DNA of 60,213 nt, filler included. It is 6 parts of 6 records of this genome, joined end to end, with 100 filler letters (N's around TTAATTAATTAA, not from the genome) between each part and the next. Parts side by side here need not be neighbours in the genome. Positions count along the whole stretch, not along the records: positions 36,424 to 49,816 come from SRR31147125_18363; positions 49,917 to 60,213 come from SRR31147125_18381; 4 more parts are not named here. One strand, given 5' to 3'. The notes below the pieces were generated by a model. That model searched no databases. It saw nothing but the letters and a program-made list of their open reading frames with translations, and had not been told where the DNA came from. The position numbers and the translations under genes were made by a program. Below, one piece after another: positions 42,636 through 50,176 of the stretch. Every line of letters begins with the position of its first letter. The first letter of the stretch is position 1.

Positions 42636-42691
42636 ATTAGTCTCCATTTGTCCACTTTTGTCCATTCTAGTCTTTTGCAAATTGATGTCAA
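42628..42691 (-). promoter_or_regulatory. Sigma-70 promoter overlapped by five 10-bp-phased direct repeats
   Basis: TTGACA (42691-42686), 16-bp spacer, TAGAAT (42669-42664). TWGTCY occurs on the + strand at 42628, 42638, 42648, 42658 and 42668. Confidence 0.65.
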
Positions 42692-42886
42692 TAGCGATCG
42701 GCCAGCGGCCTGCCTGTAAAATGCCACAGCACAGTCTATTCTGATCATCAAGAGCGTTTTGATGTTTCGAGGAGAATCGGGCAAAAGAAAAAACGGAACG
42801 AACAATAAGGCGACGGACATTGACAATTATTAATTCTGGTATAGTATTTTTCTGATCTTTGATGATAAGAGAACACGAAGGAGAGA

Positions 42887-43204
42887 ATGATGATCATAAC
42901 CAACGTCAATACCGTCCCGGGCAAGAAAATCGTCGAACACTTCGGCATTGTTCAAGGGAGCACAGTACGCGCCAAGCATGTCGGCCGCGATTTCATGGCC
43001 AGTTTGAAAAATCTGGTTGGTGGCGAGCTGAAAGGCTATACCGAGCTGCTTCAGGATTCGCGTCAGGAAGCGATGAAACGGATGGAAGAGCAAGCCCGCC
43101 AGATGGGTGCCAATGCCGTTGTCAATATACGCTTTGCGACCTCGTCAGTGGCCCAGGGAGCAGCAGAACTGTTCGCCTACGGAACCGCTGTCCGCGTTGA
43201 ATAG
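42887..43204 (+). CDS. YbjQ/UPF0145 family protein
   Basis: GIVQGSTVRAKHVGRD...GGELKGY...GANAVVNIRF...YGTAV. Confidence 0.92.
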   Translation: MMIITNVNTVPGKKIVEHFGIVQGSTVRAKHVGRDFMASLKNLVGGELKGYTELLQDSRQEAMKRMEEQARQMGANAVVNIRFATSSVAQGAAELFAYGTAVRVE

Positions 43205-43212
43205 GAGCACTC

Positions 43213-43686
43213 ATGGACATTCTGCTTCATAATTTTGACCTGGTCATTTTTCTGCTGTTGATGACCCTCGGCTACAGCGCCGGCACCTGGGCTGAGAAAA
43301 AGCACTATCGCTCCATCAACAAGCGTGAGCAGGACCTGCTTGCGATTCCTGTTGTCACAGCTGAGGGCAGCTTCCCGGAGGGTCGTGTCGCCAACGCTGA
43401 GCTGGTTCAGGGCAGTGTCGTCATCTCGATCGATTACTTCAAACGCCTACTCGCTATCCTGCGCAATATTTTTGGTGGTCGGGTCAAATCCTACGAATCG
43501 CTGGTCGACCGGGCTCGTCGCGAAGCGATCCTGCGGATGAAAGAGCAGGCCGACGAAATGGGTGCTGGAATGATCATCAACATGCGCCTGGAAACCTCCA
43601 CCATCGGTCGCAGCGCCAACAAGAAAAAACGTGTCGGCAGCGTCGAAGCGATTGCCTACGGCACAGCAATCGTCAAGAATAGGTAA
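43213..43686 (+). CDS. Membrane-anchored YbjQ family protein
   Basis: N-terminal TM, then GSVVISIDYFKR, GGRVKSYE and AYGTA. Confidence 0.88.
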   Translation: MDILLHNFDLVIFLLLMTLGYSAGTWAEKKHYRSINKREQDLLAIPVVTAEGSFPEGRVANAELVQGSVVISIDYFKRLLAILRNIFGGRVKSYESLVDRARREAILRMKEQADEMGAGMIINMRLETSTIGRSANKKKRVGSVEAIAYGTAIVKNR

Positions 43687-44535
43687 ATGAAGTTCACTCC
43701 CAAAGCCTTGAGCGACAACGTCAACGTCTCCAAGACTCACCCGCTGGTTGAACTGGGTTGGCTGGTCGGGGGGCTCGTTCTGATCACAGGATGTGTGTTT
43801 TTTCTGCTCGGGGTGACAACCGACTGGGCCGCAAAGAAGACACCTGTCTCAGTGGAAAATTGGCTCGGGAACCTCGCTTTAAACGAGTTTCCAGCAGAGG
43901 AGAGTCCTGCCCTTCAAAAGAGGCTGGATAAACTTCTGGCCGTTGCTCCCGAAGAATCCCCCCTGCATGACTACGACTTCACCATATATCGGTCTGCAAC
44001 GGAGGATGTGAACGCCCTCGCTCTTCCCGGCGGGCGGATCGTTGTTTTTGACGGCCTGCTGAAGCAGATCGAATCGGAAAACGAATTGGCGATGATTCTG
44101 GCCCATGAACTGGGGCACTTTGCCCACCGTGACCATCTGCGCGGTCTCGGCCGTGGTCTTGGACTGGCGGTCGCGTCGATCCTGTTCCTAGGTGAAGGCA
44201 ATTCTGCCAGTGACCTGATTTCCAAATCGCTGTTGACCTTTCAGGTGAAGTACTCGCAGGATCAGGAATCGGCGGCGGATCGGTTCGGAGTTGACCTGCT
44301 CACGGCGCGCTACGGTCACGCAGGAGGCGCAACCACCTTCTTCGAACGCCTGTCTGAAGAGGCGGGGAGCAAAATCCCTTATGTTCTCGCATCACATCCT
44401 CACCCTGAAAATCGGATTGACGCATTGAACGAGCGGATAAACAATCATGCATACCCGGTTTTAAAAACCACGCCCATCCATCAAGACCTGACCTCTGAAA
44501 TGATCGAGAAAAAACCATCTCAAAACAAATCGTGA
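43687..44535 (+). CDS. M48 family metallopeptidase
   Basis: NALALPGG, AHELGH, YSQDQESAAD and SHP motifs. Confidence 0.92.
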   Translation: MKFTPKALSDNVNVSKTHPLVELGWLVGGLVLITGCVFFLLGVTTDWAAKKTPVSVENWLGNLALNEFPAEESPALQKRLDKLLAVAPEESPLHDYDFTIYRSATEDVNALALPGGRIVVFDGLLKQIESENELAMILAHELGHFAHRDHLRGLGRGLGLAVASILFLGEGNSASDLISKSLLTFQVKYSQDQESAADRFGVDLLTARYGHAGGATTFFERLSEEAGSKIPYVLASHPHPENRIDALNERINNHAYPVLKTTPIHQDLTSEMIEKKPSQNKS

Positions 44536-44608
44536 GCATCTTTGGACTTTTATTCCGCTGTTGCTGTGGTAACGTTAGTGCATCAGCTATCCCCGCAGGA
44601 GAGGTCCG

Positions 44609-45574
44609 ATGAAAAAAGTTCTGATCGGCTTGGTCATAACGATTGCTGTGATCGCCGTTGTTGCGGTGAACAACAAACCGAAACCGGAAGGGAAAATCTG
44701 GATCGGTGGCGGTCCGCAAGGGGGCGCTCTCGTTGTTTTTGCCGAAGGGCTGAAAGAGCTTCTCGAAGCGGAAGAAAAGAGTCTGGACGTCAACGTCATC
44801 GGCTCGGGCGGTTCGGTGGCGAACCTCGGAAGTATTGAGGCCGGCAAGCTGGATCTCGCCTGGGGTTATGCGACCGACATGTACCTCGGATATCAGGGGG
44901 AATTGGGCCCCGGGCAACCTCGTTTCGAAAACGCACTTGTCCTCGGACGGGTCTACGGCTCTTCCGCCCAACTGGTCGTCAATCAGGACAGCGTTATCAA
45001 ATCACCCTTCGACCTGATTAACAGAAGAATCGCCGTCGGTTGCTCCGGATCGGGGTCGGCTCACAGCGCTGAACGCTACTTCAAATCTCTGGGGATCTGG
45101 GACCAGATCATCCCGCTCTACATGGGCTATGATCTCGGTATTCAGGAGATGTACAAGGGAAGAGCTGAAGCTATCTGGCAACTGGCCAGTGTGCCGAGCC
45201 CTTCTCTGGCCGAATTAAGCAAAGATCATCCCGTGCGGATGTTGGGCCTGATTAAAGCTGCGGAGAAGCACCGCTTCTTTGAAGATTATCCCTTTTACAC
45301 CAGCATTGAAATCCCCGCTGGAACGTACAGCGGTATCGATGAAACAATCCACACCTATCAGGACAACACCCTTCTGGTCACCCACGCGGACGTTGACCCC
45401 GAACTGATCAAACTGACGTTAAAAGCCCTGTTCAGTCCGGCAGGGGTGCAGACACTGCGCGATCAGCATCTCATCGCCAAAGACTTCAGTATTGGCAGTG
45501 CGCTTCAGGGTGTACAAACGCCTCTCCACCCGGAAGCCGAACGCTTCTGGAAAAAACAGGGGCTTCTCAAATAG
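44609..45574 (+). CDS. TAXI family TRAP transporter solute receptor
   Basis: GGGPQGG, SGGSVANL, GSGS, IPAGTY and PLHPEA motifs. Confidence 0.88.
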   Translation: MKKVLIGLVITIAVIAVVAVNNKPKPEGKIWIGGGPQGGALVVFAEGLKELLEAEEKSLDVNVIGSGGSVANLGSIEAGKLDLAWGYATDMYLGYQGELGPGQPRFENALVLGRVYGSSAQLVVNQDSVIKSPFDLINRRIAVGCSGSGSAHSAERYFKSLGIWDQIIPLYMGYDLGIQEMYKGRAEAIWQLASVPSPSLAELSKDHPVRMLGLIKAAEKHRFFEDYPFYTSIEIPAGTYSGIDETIHTYQDNTLLVTHADVDPELIKLTLKALFSPAGVQTLRDQHLIAKDFSIGSALQGVQTPLHPEAERFWKKQGLLK

Positions 45575-45659
45575 CCCTTACTGAAAAATTGTCCAGCCCC
45601 CTTCCCTTCACATCTGTGGCACATGCTATAATCGGCTAAATCCAAAAGGAAGGAAAACC

Positions 45660-46074
45660 ATGAGACAATCGATTCGCACGTTTATTGTGGTGACAGCCCT
45701 TTTTGTCGTCCTGTTCGCAGGACAATCTCTGGCCGCAGGCATCAGCGATGTCAAGCGGATCACCGTTGACGAACTCGTCCAACTCCAGACCAGTGAAAAG
45801 GTTGTCGTGATCGACACCCGGGCTCCGAGCCAGTGGCTGTACCAAGGATAAAATCCCTGGAGCGATCCGGCTACCATCCTTCGACGCGCTCGACACCTTT
45901 AAGACCGAGGTTGCAACGGATCAGGCGATCGTTACCTACTGCACCTGACCGAACGAAGGCACCAGCGCCAGTTTGGCGCTGACGTTGATGGAGCAAGGCT
46001 ATCAACGCGTCTGGCCTCTGCTCGGAGGCTACGGAGCCTGGCAAAAAGCAGGCATGCCGCTGGAAGAAAAATAG
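45660..46074 (+). CDS. Exported rhodanese-like selenoprotein (YCT-U-PNE), frameshifted near 45845
   Basis: Signal peptide and VIDTR, then in a shifted frame DKIPGAIRL...IVTYCT-UGA(45946)-PNEGTSA...LLGGYGAW...PLEEK*. Confidence 0.8.
45963..45981 (+). promoter_or_regulatory. SECIS-like hairpin of the rhodanese gene
   Basis: CAGCGCCA-GTT-TGGCGCTG, starting after a 14-nt spacer from the UGA. Confidence 0.7.
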
Positions 46075-46170
46075 CCGACAAGGAAATCGTTTTTAAATGA
46101 TGTCAAACAGGTTATAATTCAACGATATGAAATGTAAACTCTGAATCGAAACTGACAAAGGAGAGACGTT

Positions 46171-46350
46171 ATGACCGAATGTAGCTGCGACAACCCGGAA
46201 GAACATTGTGACTTGCACGTATGCCAGTTAACCGCCAGCGAGCGGCACCCGGACATTGAGAAAATGTTCGAGAACCCACGCTACGCATGTACAAATTGCG
46301 GTGCCAAGGTTCATGATGCCCGCAACGTCTGCCGGCCGAAAGAGCTGTAA
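46171..46350 (+). CDS. Small Cys/His-rich protein, 59 aa
   Basis: RBS AAGGAG. Translation MTECSCDNPEEHCDLHVCQL...YACTNCGAKVHDARNVCRPKEL*. It is followed by a terminator and is below the ORF-track cutoff. Confidence 0.8.
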   Translation: MTECSCDNPEEHCDLHVCQLTASERHPDIEKMFENPRYACTNCGAKVHDARNVCRPKEL

Positions 46351-46374
46351 CAGACCAACGACATAAAACAGACA

Positions 46375-46405
46375 GAGGCCTCGGAGAATTCCGGGGCCTT
46401 TTATT
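46375..46405 (+). terminator. Intrinsic terminator
   Basis: GAGGCCTCGGA-GAAT-TCCGGGGCCTT followed by TTATTT. Confidence 0.7.
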
Positions 46406-46557
46406 TCGCTCCACTCACCAAAACAACGGGATTGGCCTCCAAAGCATCCATACGCTAAGAAAACTTAAAAGGATTGTTTTTCTTGGTGGCTTGGCGCTTT
46501 TGTGGCTCACAATTTGACGTTTTTTGGAGACATCTTCTTTTGGGTTATCGCTCCGTT

Positions 46558-47349
46558 TTATTTTGCCGGGGCGGGACAGGTCAGTCCTTCAAAATGTTCG
46601 CAGGCGACGGTCAGATGCTCAACCAGATAATTCTGTGCCTCAACGGACAAACCCAGTTGATCCAACTCACGCTGTAGATCTTCGAGTTCCCCGTAACAAC
46701 CCAAATAACCATTAAGTCTGGCTGCGGCGGTTGATGCCGCGAAACTCTCTTCACTCGGGAAACGCGTCCTGAAATCCTCAAATATTCTGTCAGTCTTACG
46801 CAGGTAGTACTTTTGGTGATAGTCTTCGGCCGGATAGAATGCCGTTGCTTTTTCAATGGGCGTATAAATTGTCCGTTTAAGCTTATCTTTGATCTGTGCG
46901 CGTGAGTGCTCGGCCGATCGCTTCTGTTGTTCCGACTGATAAAGAATGACATTGCGATACTGGCGTCCGAAAACTTCATAGGTCGGAGTGTGGCTGGCCC
47001 AGAACACGTCAAGGAGCTGCTCGTAGGAAACCACTTCAGGATCGTACTCCACCAGAACGGTCTCGGTATGATCCTTCATCTGCAGATAACTGGGGTCCGG
47101 CTCACGCCCGCCGGCATAGCCGGACAACGTCTTGTGAACACCCTGAATACTCCCGAACCGGGAGTCGATGCCCCAGAATCAGCCAAGGCCGAAAAGGGCG
47201 ATCTCCAGCGTCCCCGGTTCAACCCTGTCCAGCGGAGGACGCTCCATCAAAGAAGAGTCTGTGACCGCCAGGGCCGAACCGATAGCTAGAAAGCCCCCCC
47301 CGAGGACGACAATCAGCCCGATCAGTATATGCCTCAATGTCTGCGTCAT
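46558..47349 (-). CDS. msrA: Peptide methionine sulfoxide reductase A, selenocysteine form, with N-terminal signal/TM
   Basis: ALFGLG-UGA(47181-47179)-FWG replaces the catalytic GCFWG. GYAGG, DHTE and FYPAEDYHQKYY follow in the same frame. Confidence 0.9.
47149..47165 (-). promoter_or_regulatory. SECIS-like hairpin of msrA
   Basis: Minus-strand ACTCCCG-GTT-CGGGAGT, starting after a 13-nt spacer from the UGA. Confidence 0.72.
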
Positions 47350-47451
47350 AAAAAGATTGTCGCATTGTTGCTGCAAACAGAACAAGGGGTGTACGATAGA
47401 TTTCAATGAAGCAGTGATTGGAATATCAATCCTCGCCCTAAGGAGTCACCC

Positions 47452-48114
47452 ATGAAACACACAGTCATTACCGGAGCCAACCGGGGGATCGGTCTTGAGC
47501 TGGCAAAGCACTACCAGACGCATGGCTGGTCGGTCACAGGCGTCTGCCGCGAGACATCTCCGGAGCTGGAGCAGGTCGCAACCCGAGTCATCAGTGATAT
47601 TGATGTCACAGATGCGGAGGCCGTTCAACGGCTGGCAAAAGAGCTCAGCGGCCAGACGATTGACCTCCTGATCAACAACGCCGGCCTGCTGGAAGACAAC
47701 GTCCTCGGATCGATCGATTACGATTCCCTGCGCCTGCAGATGGAGATCAATGCTTACGCACCGTTAAGGATCTGTGAAGCGCTCCTGCCAAACCTGAAAA
47801 GCGGCAGCAAGATCGCCAACATCACCAGCCGGATGGGGTCGATTGCCGACAACGATTCAGGCGGACGCTATGGGTACCGGGCGTCAAAAGCCGCCTTCAA
47901 TGCCTTTGGCAAATCCCTCGCCGTCGATCTGCAACCACGGGGGGTTGCCGTTGCCCAACTCCACCCGGGGTATGTCAAGACACGGATGGTCAACTTTAGC
48001 GGGATTCTGACCACGGATGAGTCCGTGGCCGGCATGGTTGAACGGATCGAAGAATTAACCCTGGAAAACAGCGGTTCTTTCTGGCACACCAACGGTGAGG
48101 AACTGCCCTGGTAG
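47452..48114 (+). CDS. Short-chain dehydrogenase (CsgA/C-factor-like)
   Basis: TGANRGIG, INNAG, SRMGS, YRASK and HPGYVKT motifs. Confidence 0.92.
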   Translation: MKHTVITGANRGIGLELAKHYQTHGWSVTGVCRETSPELEQVATRVISDIDVTDAEAVQRLAKELSGQTIDLLINNAGLLEDNVLGSIDYDSLRLQMEINAYAPLRICEALLPNLKSGSKIANITSRMGSIADNDSGGRYGYRASKAAFNAFGKSLAVDLQPRGVAVAQLHPGYVKTRMVNFSGILTTDESVAGMVERIEELTLENSGSFWHTNGEELPW

Positions 48115-48138
48115 AAACTGACACAGATGGCCTCCCGT

Positions 48139-48170
48139 AAGCCTCAGCAGCCCCTGCTGAGGCTTTCTTC
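48139..48170 (+). terminator. Intrinsic terminator
   Basis: AAGCCTCAGCAG-CCC-CTGCTGAGGCTT followed by TCTTC. Confidence 0.65.
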
Positions 48171-48292
48171 TGCCCCACTCCTCGCTTCACTCCTAAATAC
48201 AGATTAAACATTTGATTTTCAGCGAAAAACTCTTAAAATTTCAAAATCACCATTGAATCTTATGACAGCTGACAGCGCGTGGAGGAAATGCC

Positions 48293-49573
48293 ATGGCACA
48301 CCACACTCTGAAATCCGGATATTCCCGTCTGGTTGATCGTCTCAATCGCTTTCCCCAAGGAGCCCCGCCTTCTGAGCTGCTTTACAAGATACTGGCGATG
48401 CTCTTCAGCGAGCGCGAAGCACAACTGGTCGCCCTGCTGCCGATCAAGCCCTTTACCATCGAAAAGGCAAGTCAAATCTGGAAATTGAACCGGATCGAAA
48501 CTCAGAACATTCTAGATGAATTAGCCGGACGGGCCATCCTTGTCGATATCGAGGAAGATGGTGAGCAGATCTATGTCCTGCCGCCCCCGATGGCCGGTTT
48601 TTTCGAGTTTTCCCTGATGCGGACGCGGGGCGATCTGGACCAGAAAGTCTTGAGTGAACTGTTCTATCAGTACATGAATGTCGAAGAGGACTTCATCCGT
48701 GCGCTTTTTACCCAGGGAGAAACGCAGCTAGGGCGTACTTTTGTCCATGAACCTGTATTGACCAATGAGGACGCCCTCCATGTCCTCGACTACGAACGGG
48801 CGACCGAGGTGATTAAAACCGCCAGCCATATCGGCGTCGGCACCTGCTACTGCCGTCACAAGATGTATCATGTCGGCAAAGCCTGCGACGCGCCGATGGA
48901 AAACTGCATGACCTTCAACACCTCGGCGGCATCCCTGATCAAACATGGTCATGCTCGTCAAATCGATACCGGCGAGTGCCTCGACCTGTTGCAGGAAGCG
49001 TACGACCATAACCTGGTTCAGTTCGGTGAAAACGTCCGCGAACGCGTCAATTTTATCTGTAACTGCTGCGGGTGCTGCTGTGAAGCAATGATCGCGGCAC
49101 GAAAGTTTGCCATTCTCAATCCGGTTCACACCACCAACTTCATCCCCGTGATCGATCAGGCCAACTGCACGGGATGTGGCCAGTGCGTCACCATCTGCCC
49201 GGTCGAAGCCATCGCTCTGGCCTCAGCCAACGATCCGCATAACCCGAAACGTAAGCACGCTACTCTGATCGAGGAGCGCTGCCTGGGATGCGGGCTCTGT
49301 GTACGCGGCTGCCCTATCGATGTGATCAAACTTGAAGCGCGTGAAGAGCGTGTCTTGACGCCATTGAACAGCGTGCACAAAGCGGTGGTCATGGCGGTCG
49401 AACGGGGGAAGCTGCAGAACCTGATCGTCGACAATCAGGCCCAGTTCAATCACCGGGCCCTGGCAGCAATTCTGGGGGCAATCTTGAAGTTGCCGCCGAT
49501 CAAACAGATCATGGCGACACAGCAGGTTAAATCCCGCTATCTGGAACGGTTGATTGAACGGATGGACAGCTAG
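48293..49573 (+). CDS. 4Fe-4S dicluster protein with N-terminal wHTH-like region
   Basis: CYCRH, ICNCCGCCC and two CxxCxxCxxxCP motifs. Confidence 0.88.
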   Translation: MAHHTLKSGYSRLVDRLNRFPQGAPPSELLYKILAMLFSEREAQLVALLPIKPFTIEKASQIWKLNRIETQNILDELAGRAILVDIEEDGEQIYVLPPPMAGFFEFSLMRTRGDLDQKVLSELFYQYMNVEEDFIRALFTQGETQLGRTFVHEPVLTNEDALHVLDYERATEVIKTASHIGVGTCYCRHKMYHVGKACDAPMENCMTFNTSAASLIKHGHARQIDTGECLDLLQEAYDHNLVQFGENVRERVNFICNCCGCCCEAMIAARKFAILNPVHTTNFIPVIDQANCTGCGQCVTICPVEAIALASANDPHNPKRKHATLIEERCLGCGLCVRGCPIDVIKLEAREERVLTPLNSVHKAVVMAVERGKLQNLIVDNQAQFNHRALAAILGAILKLPPIKQIMATQQVKSRYLERLIERMDS

Positions 49574-49596
49574 GTCTCTTTTCAGGCATTTCAAAC

Positions 49597-49675
49597 AGGT
49601 CGCGGGGTTACGCCCCCGCACGGCATGTTACTTTCTTGATATGCGTCAAGAGCGTAACCAAAGAAACGCACCCAG
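49597..49675. repeat. Probable MITE/REP-like intergenic element
   Basis: GCGGGG-TTACG-CCCCGC hairpin, then GTTACTTTCTTGA...TCAAGAGCGTAAC inverted repeat. Confidence 0.45.
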
Positions 49676-49716
49676 ATGCCTTGCGTTCTGACTACGGCAA
49701 ACGGGAAGGTTGAAGT

Positions 49717-49757
49717 CCCCCCTCACCCCAACCCTCTCCCGCAATGTGAAGAGGGAG
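49717..49757. repeat. REP-like CCCTCACCCCAACCCTCTCCC element
   Basis: Matches a widespread bacterial intergenic repeat with a CCCTCT...AGAGGG hairpin. Confidence 0.5.
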
Positions 49758-49816
49758 CAAAACACCGGAGCGAGTTTGTTGTTTTTGCTTTTCGCCCATG
49801 GGAGAAGCTCTGCTTC

Positions 49817-49916
49817 NNNNNNNNNNNNNNNNNNNNNNNNNNNNNNNNNNNNNNNNNNNNTTAATTAATTAANNNNNNNNNNNNNNNNNNNNNNNNNNNN
49901 NNNNNNNNNNNNNNNN
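49817..49916. other. Artificial contig linker
   Basis: N44-TTAATTAATTAA-N44. Confidence 0.98.
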
Positions 49917-50176
49917 GAAAACAGGATATATCAAGGCAATTATGGAACCCATAACCATTTATTTTTGTTTTTCTATAGTAATAGAATTTGCTGAAAATCT
50001 GGAAATGATTCTTTAATTTATTTATAAAATTTGATTTTTATGCGAAATAATCATACTTTTTTTAAAGTTACGTTTTATATTATCTTGATGTATTTTTTAC
50101 AATTGTATTTAACAACCTGACATCAAGATCATATAATCAACGGATATTAGTTTAGATAAAAGGGATGCAAATTACG

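Noticed and set aside
36424-49816. General UGA reassignment (genetic code 4 or 25) in contig E
   Set aside because: UGA still ends genes here (37084, 40323, 44535). Read-through cases fall only at Cys positions with hairpins, which fits Sec.
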